Shown here one piece after another: positions 34,474 to 44,491 of a DNA stretch of 64,000 bases. The notes below the pieces were generated by a model, which saw only the letters and a list, made by a program, of their open reading frames with translations, searched no databases and was not told the origin of the DNA. Every line of letters begins with the position of its first letter. Position 1 is the stretch's first letter. Made by a program: the position numbers and the translations under genes. The DNA is from Rhodothermia bacterium (lineage in GTDB: Bacteria > Bacteroidota > Rhodothermia > Rhodothermales > JAAAOL01): contig JAUIDY010000009.1 of NCBI GenBank assembly GCA_030428385.1, positions 23,655-87,654 of the forward strand, in the 5' to 3' direction.

Positions 34474-35388
34474 TTGCCTGTTGACCAATCACACATGAAC
34501 CTGCAAAAAAGCATTAAACATTTCCTCCACGGCCTGCTGATGGGCGGGGCTGACATTATCCCCGGTGTCAGCGGGGGCACCATGGCGCTGATCGTGGGTG
34601 TCTATGAAGACCTCGTCGCCGCCATCAGCCATCTGTTTACCGCCGCCCTCTCGCTGCTGCGCCTGGATCTTGACACCATCAAGGACCGCGTGCAACAGGT
34701 AAAATGGGGCGTCATCCTGCCGCTCGGCGTGGGGATTGTGACGGCGTTGCTGGTGGGAGCCAAGTTTATTCCGGGACTGCTGGAGCAATATCCCGTGCAA
34801 TGCCGGGGCTTTTTCTTCGGCCTCATTGCGGGCTCGCTCATTATCCCGTGGCACCGCATCGCCCAACCCAGCCCCCGCGATTATGCCATCGCTGTGGTGG
34901 CCGCCGTGGTAGCGTTTGTGCTGGTGGGCCTGCCGCCTCGTGAACTCGCTGACCCCTCGCTGCTCTATGTCTTTCTGTGCGCCATGGTTGCCATCTGTGC
35001 GATGATTTTGCCCGGTGTGAGTGGTTCGTTTCTGCTGCTCGTGCTCGGCATCTACGAAGCCACGCTGACGGCCATCAACGATCGAAATATGGTCTACGTG
35101 CTCACGTTTATGGTGGGCGCGGGCCTCGGCATCGGGCTCTTCTCGAAGCTGCTGAACCGGTTGCTGGAGAACTACCACGACATCACGATGGCGGCACTCG
35201 TTGGGTTGATGGCGGGGTCGCTGCGGGCCTTGTGGCCGTGGCTCGCCGAAGACCGTTCAATGCTGTGGCCCGGCGCGGGTGACCCGGTGGGCAGCGTGGT
35301 TGCGCTGGTGGTGCTGGGTGTCGTCCTGGTGCTCGGGTTGCATTGGCTGGGCAACCGCGCCAAAGCCGAGGTCTCAGCGCAGGCGTAG
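34474..35388 (+). CDS. DUF368-family membrane protein (family reported as an undecaprenyl-phosphate translocase)
   Basis: GGADIIPGVSGGTMALIVGVYE and a second PGVSGSFLLLVLGIYE half-repeat, with ~8 TM. The real start may be MNLQKS at 34495. Confidence 0.8.
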   Translation: MPVDQSHMNLQKSIKHFLHGLLMGGADIIPGVSGGTMALIVGVYEDLVAAISHLFTAALSLLRLDLDTIKDRVQQVKWGVILPLGVGIVTALLVGAKFIPGLLEQYPVQCRGFFFGLIAGSLIIPWHRIAQPSPRDYAIAVVAAVVAFVLVGLPPRELADPSLLYVFLCAMVAICAMILPGVSGSFLLLVLGIYEATLTAINDRNMVYVLTFMVGAGLGIGLFSKLLNRLLENYHDITMAALVGLMAGSLRALWPWLAEDRSMLWPGAGDPVGSVVALVVLGVVLVLGLHWLGNRAKAEVSAQA

Positions 35389-37641
35389 CACCTGCCCGGT
35401 AGCGCGTGTGTCCTGGCGTGTCGTCACGGCGTAAAAGTAGATGCCGGTGGGCAGGGCTTCAGCATCAAACGCCACGTGGTGTTCGCCGGGTGGCAGCCTG
35501 GCATCCAGCAACCGCCGCACCACACGCCCGCGCACGTCATAGACCGTCACCGTCACGCCCTCTGCCTTTTCGAGCCGAAAACGCAGTGTTGTTGTGGTGC
35601 GAAAGGGGTTGGGATAGGCAGGCAAAAGCGCTACTTCTTGATGCGAAAGCTCCGGCCTTTCACCAACAGCGGTATCGATTTGCAGGTTTTCGTAGTAGCG
35701 CAGGCCACCGCCCCGTGTGCCCAGCAGCAAATCACCGTCGCCATCGGCGTCTATATCGGCCATGTGTGGTGCAAGTAGCGTGGCGCTTGTTGAGGGTACT
35801 TCGGCTTCGGCCTGTACAAATGCGGGGGCTTGTGGCGTGCCGTCGTTGCGCAGCAACACCAACCCATCGCGCTCGGTGCCCACGAGCAGATCCATATCGC
35901 CGTCGCGGTCCCAATCTACGGGTGTCGGAACGGTTCGGGAGCCCAGATCAAGCCCTGCCACAGCTTCGGTCACCAGCGTAAACTGCGGCGCTTGCGGCGT
36001 ACCATCGTTCCGGAAGTGGTTGACGGTGCCTGCGTTTTCGCCCACGAGCAAATCGAAGTCGCCATCGGCATCCAGATCTGCCAGCGTCGGTGTCGCCAGG
36101 CTGCCGCTCGACCCCGTGTCGCGCAGGCTCACCAAGCGCGGCTCGCCGAGGACAAAGGCTGGAGCCTGCGGCGTGCCGTCATTGCGGTAATATGCCACGG
36201 CGCCGTTAAACCCACCGACAAGCAAATCGAGGTCGCCATCGGCATCCACGTCGGCGAGCGCAGGGGCGGCATTAAACGCCGTTCCGAGATCCAGATAATC
36301 CGTATTGACGAGCTGAAATGCGGGCTGTTCGGGCGTGCCGGTGTTCTCAAAAAACGTCAGCGAGGCACGTTGGGGGGCGACCGGGTTGATCTTGTTACCC
36401 ACAAGCAGATCCAAGTCGCCGTCGCTATCTAAATCGCCCAGCGCCGCAAGCCCCTCATCCCCCACATCGATTTGCCCAATAAACCGCTGCGTGCGCAACG
36501 TATGCCCCTCATCGACGCGTTCCATAAAATGAAAATTATCCACCAGGTTTTGCGCCGCCCCAAACGCCCCGCCCAGCACCCCAACGAACAAATCCAGATC
36601 ATCGTCGCCATCAAGGTCGGCAAACACGGGGGCATTGTAGCCGCTCGTCATCAGCGGATCGGTGAGGGGAAACGTGTCAGATTGCAGATGTAGCGTTGGT
36701 GCACCACACGTTCCCGTGTTCTCGATGAAGTAGAGGCTGGGGGAAAAGAAATCGCCCCAGATCAGGTCGTCATCGCCATCCTCATCCACGTCGGCAAAAT
36801 CCAGCGCGTTCGCTCCGTGCAGGACGTTGTCGGCCTTCTCTCCAGCCGTCCCGCCGACAATTTCAAGGTTCTCATACCGATCGGTGACAAACGCAAAGGT
36901 GGGCACTGCATTCGGCCCCAGCCCCTGGTTTTCATAAAACGTCAACGTGCCGGAGAGCGAGCCGACAAACAAGTCTAGGTCGTTGTCGCAATCCAGATCG
37001 GCGAGGGCAGGGATGTTTTGGCGGTCGGAGAAGATAAACGCGCCGGCGGTATCACGCAGCGTATCGGCGGCCAGGACAAACTGCGGCGCTTGCGGCGTGC
37101 CAACGTTGCGAAAGTAGCGCAGCAGACTGAAGGGCTGCTCGGCGTAAAGATCTAGGTCGCCGTCCCCATCCATGTCGGCAAAGCGCGACCATTCGCCCAC
37201 TGCCAACCCGGCCCATGCATCGGTGCGCCACACAAAAACAGGCGCTTGTGGGGTCCCCGTGTTTTCGAAGTAGATCAACTCATCGACCCGCTCTTGCACA
37301 AACAGGTCTACATCGCCGTCGGCGTCGATGTCCACAAACTGCGGGCGCGGGATGTTAAAACCGCCGAGGAACGGGTGGTCGTATGGCCGTCCATCGGACC
37401 CAATGACGGGAAACGGCGCAACGGCTTGCTCGAAAGGCTGAGCGGTGGCCGCGAGCGGGGCAAGCACGACCGCAAGCAGGAACAGAAGTTTGGAAGTATG
37501 CGGGTGTGGGGGTGTGAGGGGATGGGAGGTTATTATTGGGCGAAAAAGTCCAGGTCTTTTCGCCAAGATGTGCGTCATCCATCGCATCGCCCAAACCCCG
37601 AAACACCCAAACACCCATACGTCCAAACGCAGCCGCATCAC
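35374..37641 (-). CDS. FG-GAP/VCBS-repeat protein with T9SS C-terminal sorting domain
   Basis: Many D-x-D-x-D-G-D-x-D-L repeats (DADGDVDLFV, DMDGDGDLDLY, DLDCDNDLDLFVG ...). CTD: AYPNPFRTTTTLRFRL...VTVYDVRGRVV...GIYFYAV. The start is uncertain, as the signal-peptide-like LLFLLAVVLAPLAATAQP begins ~50 aa into the ORF. Confidence 0.8.
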   Translation of the reverse strand: MMRLRLDVWVFGCFGVWAMRWMTHILAKRPGLFRPIITSHPLTPPHPHTSKLLFLLAVVLAPLAATAQPFEQAVAPFPVIGSDGRPYDHPFLGGFNIPRPQFVDIDADGDVDLFVQERVDELIYFENTGTPQAPVFVWRTDAWAGLAVGEWSRFADMDGDGDLDLYAEQPFSLLRYFRNVGTPQAPQFVLAADTLRDTAGAFIFSDRQNIPALADLDCDNDLDLFVGSLSGTLTFYENQGLGPNAVPTFAFVTDRYENLEIVGGTAGEKADNVLHGANALDFADVDEDGDDDLIWGDFFSPSLYFIENTGTCGAPTLHLQSDTFPLTDPLMTSGYNAPVFADLDGDDDLDLFVGVLGGAFGAAQNLVDNFHFMERVDEGHTLRTQRFIGQIDVGDEGLAALGDLDSDGDLDLLVGNKINPVAPQRASLTFFENTGTPEQPAFQLVNTDYLDLGTAFNAAPALADVDADGDLDLLVGGFNGAVAYYRNDGTPQAPAFVLGEPRLVSLRDTGSSGSLATPTLADLDADGDFDLLVGENAGTVNHFRNDGTPQAPQFTLVTEAVAGLDLGSRTVPTPVDWDRDGDMDLLVGTERDGLVLLRNDGTPQAPAFVQAEAEVPSTSATLLAPHMADIDADGDGDLLLGTRGGGLRYYENLQIDTAVGERPELSHQEVALLPAYPNPFRTTTTLRFRLEKAEGVTVTVYDVRGRVVRRLLDARLPPGEHHVAFDAEALPTGIYFYAVTTRQDTRATGQVLRLR

Positions 37642-40340
37642 TTAACCAGCGTCACCGCCCGAACCTGCGCCGTGGTGCGGCTCGTGGCACGGATGAAATA
37701 AGTACCGCTCTTGAGCCCGTCGGCATCGAAGTACAACGTGTGGGTGCCCGTGGGCAGCACGCCATCATGCAGCGTTGCCACCTGGCGTCCGAGCAGGTCG
37801 TACACCGCCACGGTCGCGCGCTCTGTGGCAGGAATGCTCAGCGTGATGCTCGTCGTTGGGTTAAACGGGTTGGGGTACGCCGCCGCTAGCGTCATGCCCG
37901 TCGGCACCTCGTTGCTTTCGGTCGCTACCTTGAAGGCCGTCACGTTCAGCACAAACAGCCCGGCCTCGCTGCTGCTGAGGATAATATTGCCGCTCGGAAA
38001 AAACGGGTAGGCTGTCCACGCGCCTGAGAAGCCGGGATTATCCGTGTTGGGCACGGTGTCGAAAAAGGCGACTTCCACAGGGTTCGCCATGTCGCTGATA
38101 TCGAGGACACGCATCCCGCTGGCGTAGTTGGCCTGATACACAAAGTTGCCGCGCACGTACTGGTTGTGGTCCGACGAGCCCGAAACGCCGAAGTATTCGG
38201 TCAGCACCTCGGGGTTGTCGAGGTCGGCGAGGTCCCAGACGATGGTGCGGGTGCGCGCCGCGAGGCCGCCCGTCTCATCCAGTTCGTCGTCCTGCAAAAA
38301 GTAGCGATGGTCGTCCGTCAGCCAGCCCTGATGTACATACGCCGCGTTCGGATACGTGGCCCGCGAGATGGCAACGGGGTTGGCTTTGTCGGTCACATCG
38401 GCGATGCCGAGGGTAAACTCGCTGGCGTTGAAGCAGAGTTCGCGCCCGAAATAATCGGTGTCGGGGCCGTGGTAGACCACACATTGTGCGTCGTGGATGT
38501 AGCCCGGTGCGACGCGTCCGCCCGTTTCGGGATCAAGAAAACATCCGGCAAACTCCGGGTTGACGGGATCGCTGATGTCGATCATGTGCAAACCCGCTCC
38601 GCACCCCGGATCCGGCTGCGGCTCGCCTGTGATGCCGACGGCGTAGGCAAACCCCGTTTCCTCGTTGATGATCACGTTGTGCGCCTCGTCGAAACCGTCG
38701 TAGCGGGCCGTTTCGGTGAAGGTAACCGGCGGATTGGTGACAGCGCGGAGTTGGGTGAGGTCGAACACCTGCATGCCCTGATTGCCCACGTTGTCGGCCA
38801 CGATGAAGGCGTGATTGGCGTAGACCTTCACATCGCGCCAGGTGGCGACGAAGCTGCCGTTGCTGCGCGGCAAAAAGCCCACCACCACCGGATTCAGCGG
38901 GTCGGTGACATCCACAAACGAGACGCCATCATCCACGCCAGCCAGCGCATATTCGCGGTCGGTTTCGGGATCGACCCAGCCCCACAGGTCATTCGCATCG
39001 GCCCCGGTCCCCAGCACATCGGTGGGAATGTAGGCCAGCAGTTCCACGCCTTGGCACGGGAAACCCGCCGCGTTGCCCTGTTCACAGGCGATGCGCTCGC
39101 CCGTAATGGCCTCGGCGACGGTGCCCGATCCGGCGATGGGGAGTTGCTCGATCCAGGTGTCGGCTTCGTCAAGCGCAAACAAAGCGCCTCCACCAAAGCC
39201 GTCATTTCCATTTAAGGCACCGGCGATGCCGGTGGCCTCACCGAGGGCGACGCTCCATCCAAACTCGCCGCCGCCGCTGACGGATAACTCTTGCTGCTCA
39301 AACCAGCGGTTGCCGCCGCTGTAGCGGTACACATACACCGCGCCCGTGCGGTTATTCCGGCGGCGGGCCCCCACCCACAACTCCTCGCCCCGCACGGCGA
39401 TGGCATTGCCAAAAATGTCGGGATCGGTGGCGGTGCGGGTGAGCTTGGCATGTTCGGTCCATTCGCCGGTGGTTTCGTCGGGGGTGAACACATAGGCCCC
39501 GCCCTGGAAACCGTTGTGGGTGGCGGCACCAATGGCCAGCACCCCTTCGTCCACGTCCAGTGCAAAGCCAAAGCGGTCGCCCGGCACGGTGTCCAGGGCT
39601 ACCAGCTTCTGCGCCTCGGCCCAGCCTCCGCTGTTATTACGCCGGAAGACATACACGGCGCCGCCGCCCGTTGCAAGCTGCGCCCCCACAAAGGCTTCCT
39701 CTCCTTGCACCTTCACAGCCCAACCGTGAAACTCGCCCTCGGTAGCATCGCCCCCAACGAGCCGGGCTTGCTGCACCCACGCGCCACTTCCGTCCTCTTG
39801 CGCAAACACATACGCCGCCCCCGTTCCGCTCGCCGAGGCCCCCACAATCACTGTTTCGCCATCGGTGGCGACGGCTTCGCCGAAGTTCTGATTGGGAAAC
39901 GAGTCGTCAGGTTGCAGCCGGGCTTCCTCCAGCCATGTGTCGTCGGCTTGCCGCCGAAAGATATGCACGGCCCCAGCGGTGTTATCCACCGTGTGTGCGC
40001 CCACCACCAGCAGGTTTCCGGCAAGGTCTACCGCCTGCCCGAATCCATCGCCTCGGCTGGGCTGCCCGGCCTGCAACACCTGCACCTGCGTCCAATTCCC
40101 CTCAATATCACTGGCATACACAAACACGCGTCCGGGCTCTACGAGGCTACGGCCTTCGCCTACCACGGCGCGGTGTCCGTCCATCGCCACGGCCTCCCCA
40201 AAGCCTTTGCCCTCCACCTCCACATCTAAAATATCAGACTTGGCAAACCCGACAGGTTGTGCTTGCACATGCGTGGAGGTGATGGCCCCCAGCGCAAGTA
40301 CCACAAAAGCGATAAGACGGATCATGTGTGTGCGCATCAA
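37638..40340 (-). CDS. FG-GAP_2-type propeller + choice-of-anchor-B/LVIVD domain protein with T9SS CTD
   Basis: Signal peptide ...THVQAQ. N-terminal repeats (G.AV...G..L.VGA...G.AYVF). A central segment is paralogous to the next gene (WRDVKVYANHAFIVADNVGNQGMQVFDLTQLR...). CTD: AYPNPFNPTTSITLSIP...VAVYDLLGRQV...GTYFIRA. Confidence 0.8.
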   Translation of the reverse strand: MMRTHMIRLIAFVVLALGAITSTHVQAQPVGFAKSDILDVEVEGKGFGEAVAMDGHRAVVGEGRSLVEPGRVFVYASDIEGNWTQVQVLQAGQPSRGDGFGQAVDLAGNLLVVGAHTVDNTAGAVHIFRRQADDTWLEEARLQPDDSFPNQNFGEAVATDGETVIVGASASGTGAAYVFAQEDGSGAWVQQARLVGGDATEGEFHGWAVKVQGEEAFVGAQLATGGGAVYVFRRNNSGGWAEAQKLVALDTVPGDRFGFALDVDEGVLAIGAATHNGFQGGAYVFTPDETTGEWTEHAKLTRTATDPDIFGNAIAVRGEELWVGARRRNNRTGAVYVYRYSGGNRWFEQQELSVSGGGEFGWSVALGEATGIAGALNGNDGFGGGALFALDEADTWIEQLPIAGSGTVAEAITGERIACEQGNAAGFPCQGVELLAYIPTDVLGTGADANDLWGWVDPETDREYALAGVDDGVSFVDVTDPLNPVVVGFLPRSNGSFVATWRDVKVYANHAFIVADNVGNQGMQVFDLTQLRAVTNPPVTFTETARYDGFDEAHNVIINEETGFAYAVGITGEPQPDPGCGAGLHMIDISDPVNPEFAGCFLDPETGGRVAPGYIHDAQCVVYHGPDTDYFGRELCFNASEFTLGIADVTDKANPVAISRATYPNAAYVHQGWLTDDHRYFLQDDELDETGGLAARTRTIVWDLADLDNPEVLTEYFGVSGSSDHNQYVRGNFVYQANYASGMRVLDISDMANPVEVAFFDTVPNTDNPGFSGAWTAYPFFPSGNIILSSSEAGLFVLNVTAFKVATESNEVPTGMTLAAAYPNPFNPTTSITLSIPATERATVAVYDLLGRQVATLHDGVLPTGTHTLYFDADGLKSGTYFIRATSRTTAQVRAVTLVK

Positions 40341-40346
40341 GAAGGT

Positions 40347-42815
40347 TTATTTGAGAAGTGAGACCGCCCGAAGCTGCTGGGTGTGCGCCCCGGTGGCCCG
40401 GACGAAGTAGGTGCCACTGGATAATCCCGCCGCGTCGAAGCGAAGCGCGTGCGTACCGACGGGCAATAGCCCTTCGTGCAGCGTTGCCACGCGCCGCCCA
40501 AGTAGGTCATACACGGCGACGGTCACCTCACCCGGGGCCGCCAGCGTCAGGTCCAGCGAAGTCGCAGGATTAAACGGGTTGGGGTAGGCGGCGGATAGGG
40601 AAAAGGCGTCGGGAAGCTCAGCGACCCCTTCGGTATCGACGGCGACAATCAGGCTGGTGGCGGCCTGTCCATCGGAGAGTACCACAGCGGGATGCGGGCG
40701 GTTTTGCTGAGCAGCATCCAGAAAGCCAGAAAGAAGCAGCGTGATCGCCTCCCCTGCATGATCCGAAACATCCAACTTGTAGCGGTACGACTGACCATCG
40801 GCATCGATTACCATTTGATACAGGCCGGGCGGGACGGACTGATAGCCACTTACTGCTCCATAATCCAGATCCACGCCCAATGCCAGGGCGGGGCCGCCGA
40901 TGCCTTGCATGGACACCGTCACGCCTCCTGCATCGATGACGCCTTGCGCCACAAACACATCCACGTCGGCGGCATCGCGGGCCTGCAACAGCGCATCGGG
41001 CTTAAGCGCCACGCTGAGTGCTGTATCAAAGCCATCGGGGTTGCGCTCGTAGGCATCGGGGTCGGTGACGCCTTGAAGGACCAGCACGTACGTTTCGGTG
41101 GCACCCAGCGTCACGGGCACCGTGAGTAGTGGCTCTGCGTCGGGCGTGCCATCCGCAGGCAGCAGCCGCAGTTCATGCGCGGTGCCGCCAGGAAGCGTGA
41201 GCAAATCGGTCCCATGTTGGTATTCCAACCCGGCGGCGATGAGTTCGTCGCCGATATACACATCAACGACCTCCACGGCGGGATCGGACATATTGTGGAT
41301 GAGTTGCGCCCGCGCCATGCTGGCATCCGGCGCATTTACTTGTACGCTCACTTCGGCGGCATCGGTGCCACCCGTGGGGTCCTGTACGGCGTACGCAAAC
41401 CCATCACGACCCGAAAAATTGCGGTTCGGGCGGTAGGTGATGCTTCCATCGGCGTTGACGGTGGCGGTGCCGTTGGCAGGCGGGGTTGCCAGCGTCAGCG
41501 TCAGCGCCTCGCCATTGGGGTCGAGGTCGTTGGCTCCTACCTCGATGCGTACCTGCGCGTTGGTGGAGGTCGTGGCGTAGTCGTTGCGGGCGGCAGGACG
41601 CAGCGGCATCGCCGGACGCACCAGAAAGAGCCCGCCCGAAATGTCGCTGACCAGCACCGTGCCGCTCTTAAAAAACGGATACACGCTCCAGGCCCCCGAC
41701 TCCCCTTGCGGCGCGGTGTCGAGGTAGGCAATTTCCACTGGATCCAGCCGATCGCTGATGTCGAGCAAGCGGAAACCCGCGCCGTAATTGGCCTGATACA
41801 TATAATCGCCCACAATGTACAGGTTGTGGTCAGTGGACGAGGTGTTGGCGCGGTGTTCGGCCACCAGTTCCGGCGCGTCGAGATCGACGAGGTCCCAGAT
41901 GTAGGTGGTTGTGCTCAGGTTAAACGAGTTTTCGTCGGCTTCGTCGTTCTGGTAATAATACCGATGATCGTCGGTCAGCCACCCCTGGTGCGTGTAGGCC
42001 GCCGTCGGGTAGGTCGCCGTGCTTAATTCGACGGGCTGGCTTTTGTTGGTCACATCGGCAATGGAGATGCCACGTTCGTCCGCGCCGATGCAGATCTCCT
42101 GGCCCTGGTGGTCTTCATCGGGGCCCCGATAGATGACGCACTGCGCGTCGTGCGTGTAGCCCCGCCCGACGGACGAGTTAAAACATCCGGCAAAGTCGGG
42201 CTCGGCGGGCTCGCGCACGTCGATGATATGGAGGCCGAGGCCACACGGCTGGTCGCCGCCGCTAGAACCGACACTATAGGCAAAGCCCGTCTCCTCGTTG
42301 ATCACGATGTTGTGCGCACTGCCAATGCCCGTGTAGCGGGCCGTCTCTTCAAAAATCGTGGGCTCGGTGACGGTACGCAGTTGCGTAAGGTCGAAGACCT
42401 GCACGCCGTGCTGCCCCGCTCCGTCGGCCACAATAAACGCATGGTTCTCGTACACCTTCACGTCGCGCCAGGTGGTGGCGACGGTGTTACTGCGCAACGC
42501 GCCGAGGTAGAGCGGGTCTTCAGGGTTGGTCACGTCAACAAACGTAACGCCGTTGAACATACTCGCCAGCGCATACTCATGGCCCGTATCGGGGTCGGTC
42601 CAGCCCCAGAGGTCATTTGCCGCACTGGGCGCAAACTGCTCGCCGATGTCAAACGACGAAACGGGCAGGTTGGCAAAAACATCGACGCTGCTACACGACA
42701 GGCCCACTACAAACCCGTTCTGGCACAGCGTGGCGACCCGGTCGATGGCGGCCTGTCCTTGTGCAGGCACCGCCGCGAGCAACCCAACGGCCAACAGCCA
42801 ACAGATTCGTTTCAT
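40347..42815 (-). CDS. Choice-of-anchor-B/LVIVD domain + cadherin-like/Ig-like + DUF4397-like protein with T9SS CTD
   Basis: Signal peptide MKRICWLLAVGLLAAVPAQGQ. WRDVKVYENHAFIVADGAGQHGVQVFDLTQLR. A mid region VGANDLDPNGEALTLTLATPPANGTATVNADGSITYRPN. A DUF4397-like segment (AQLIHNMSDPAVEVVDVYIGD). CTD: AYPNPFNPATSLDLTL...VAVYDLLGRRV...GTYFVRA. Confidence 0.8.
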   Translation of the reverse strand: MKRICWLLAVGLLAAVPAQGQAAIDRVATLCQNGFVVGLSCSSVDVFANLPVSSFDIGEQFAPSAANDLWGWTDPDTGHEYALASMFNGVTFVDVTNPEDPLYLGALRSNTVATTWRDVKVYENHAFIVADGAGQHGVQVFDLTQLRTVTEPTIFEETARYTGIGSAHNIVINEETGFAYSVGSSGGDQPCGLGLHIIDVREPAEPDFAGCFNSSVGRGYTHDAQCVIYRGPDEDHQGQEICIGADERGISIADVTNKSQPVELSTATYPTAAYTHQGWLTDDHRYYYQNDEADENSFNLSTTTYIWDLVDLDAPELVAEHRANTSSTDHNLYIVGDYMYQANYGAGFRLLDISDRLDPVEIAYLDTAPQGESGAWSVYPFFKSGTVLVSDISGGLFLVRPAMPLRPAARNDYATTSTNAQVRIEVGANDLDPNGEALTLTLATPPANGTATVNADGSITYRPNRNFSGRDGFAYAVQDPTGGTDAAEVSVQVNAPDASMARAQLIHNMSDPAVEVVDVYIGDELIAAGLEYQHGTDLLTLPGGTAHELRLLPADGTPDAEPLLTVPVTLGATETYVLVLQGVTDPDAYERNPDGFDTALSVALKPDALLQARDAADVDVFVAQGVIDAGGVTVSMQGIGGPALALGVDLDYGAVSGYQSVPPGLYQMVIDADGQSYRYKLDVSDHAGEAITLLLSGFLDAAQQNRPHPAVVLSDGQAATSLIVAVDTEGVAELPDAFSLSAAYPNPFNPATSLDLTLAAPGEVTVAVYDLLGRRVATLHEGLLPVGTHALRFDAAGLSSGTYFVRATGAHTQQLRAVSLLK

Positions 42816-42957
42816 AGGATTTATATGATTTGATCAAGAACACAGTATACGAGGGGGAATTGCGCAGAAACAGGCAATTTTGTGCCCGGTGTTGGGAAGT
42901 GGGGGAAGCGAAATGTATGTTGCTTGCCCTTGTTCGTTCCAGCTTCAGCAATTCCTT

Positions 42958-43734
42958 ATGATGGCCCTCACCAACCGCCTCGTTTGTATCACCGGCGCTT
43001 CGGCAGGGATTGGCGCAGCGTGTGCTACGGCCTTTGCGCAGGCCGGTGCCCGCCTGCTCCTCTGCGCCCGCCGCCCCGACAAACTCGACGCCGCCGCCAC
43101 CCAGCTTCGGAAAACACACGGCGTAGACATCCACACGTTTACCCTTGATGTACGCGACGCCGACGCGGTGACCACCGCCTTCGCTGAATTGCCCGACGCA
43201 TGGCAGGCCATCGACGTGCTGGTGAACAACGCGGGACTCTCGAAGGCAATGGATCCGGTGTACGCCAACACCATCGGCGACATCGACGTGATGGTGGACA
43301 CGAACGTGAAGGGGTTGCTGTACGTGACGCGGGCGGTGGTGCCCGGCATGAAGGACCGCAACCACGGCCACATCATTAACATCGGCTCGACGGCGGGGCA
43401 CGCCGTATACCCCGGCGGCACCGTGTATTGCGCAACGAAGCACGCGGTGGGCGCGCTCACGCAAGGGCTCAAGATGGACCTGCACGGCACCCGCGTGCGC
43501 GTCTCGACGGTGGACCCCGGCATGGTGGAGACCGACTTCAGCCTCGTGCGCTTTGAGGGCGATGCCGCACGCGCCGACGCCGTCTACGCCAACACCGAAC
43601 CGCTCACCCCCGACGATGTGGCCGACGCCGTGGTGTGGTGTGCCAGCCGTCCCGCGCGGGTTAACATTCAGGAGATTATCTTAACCACGGTGGATCAATC
43701 GTCGGCGACAATGATTCACCGCCACGCTCCCTGA
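42958..43734 (+). CDS. SDR-family NAD(P)-dependent oxidoreductase (YdfG-like)
   Basis: Start re-set to MMALTNRLVCITGASAGIG. Contains NNAG and YCATKHA (YxxxK). Confidence 0.88.
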   Translation: MMALTNRLVCITGASAGIGAACATAFAQAGARLLLCARRPDKLDAAATQLRKTHGVDIHTFTLDVRDADAVTTAFAELPDAWQAIDVLVNNAGLSKAMDPVYANTIGDIDVMVDTNVKGLLYVTRAVVPGMKDRNHGHIINIGSTAGHAVYPGGTVYCATKHAVGALTQGLKMDLHGTRVRVSTVDPGMVETDFSLVRFEGDAARADAVYANTEPLTPDDVADAVVWCASRPARVNIQEIILTTVDQSSATMIHRHAP

Positions 43735-43759
43735 CCCTGAGGCCACCCGGTTCCTTTCC

Positions 43760-44398
43760 ATGCGTGTTGTTTTTCCTGCCGCCTTGCTGCTTTCGGTGCT
43801 GCTCCTCACCGGATGCTCGGCTGGTGCCCAACTGGCGCAAAAAGACGCGACCATCGACTCGCTGCACGTCGTCAACCGGCACCTGACCGCCGATGTGTAT
43901 GCCCTCGAAGACTCCATCCTCTTCTTCAAAGACATCGACTCGGGCCAGTATTACCGCGACCGGGGCGTGCTGCGCGACAGCATCGAAAAGCTCAACTTCC
44001 TGCTGGCCGAGCAGACCGATCCACTGCCACCGCCTGCCCTCGCCGTCCTGTCCGTCGATGCGCTGTTTGCCCCCGCCAGCGCCACCCTCACCCCGGAAGG
44101 CCAATCCACCCTTGCCAGCTTGGTTGATACACTCCGCACGATGAACGGCCGCATCCGCGTAGAGGGCCATGCCGACAATGTGCCCGTGAGCGGTAGCCTC
44201 CAGGAAAAATACCCCAGCAACTGGGAGCTTTCGGCGGCCCGCGCCGCTGCCGTCGTGCGCTTCTTCACCGAAAACGACCTGCCCCCTGCCCGCTTCGAGG
44301 TCGTCAGCTTCGGCGACACCAACCCAAAAACTCCCAACACCTCCGCCGCCGGACGCCGCGCCAACCGCCGCATCCGTCTTGTGGTGGTGCCATGGTAG
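43760..44398 (+). CDS. OmpA/MotB-domain lipoprotein
   Basis: Lipobox LLLTGCS. C-terminal OmpA-like peptidoglycan-binding domain (RVEGHADNVP...NWELSAARAAAVVRFF...GRRANRRIRLVV). Confidence 0.82.
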   Translation: MRVVFPAALLLSVLLLTGCSAGAQLAQKDATIDSLHVVNRHLTADVYALEDSILFFKDIDSGQYYRDRGVLRDSIEKLNFLLAEQTDPLPPPALAVLSVDALFAPASATLTPEGQSTLASLVDTLRTMNGRIRVEGHADNVPVSGSLQEKYPSNWELSAARAAAVVRFFTENDLPPARFEVVSFGDTNPKTPNTSAAGRRANRRIRLVVVPW

Positions 44399-44491
44399 CA
44401 TAGCTGTCGGCTGTTAGCTCCTGGCTATCCGCTTTCTAATTTGCGCCGATAGCTGAAAGCCGACAGCCGATAGCTGCAAGCCACAAAACCC

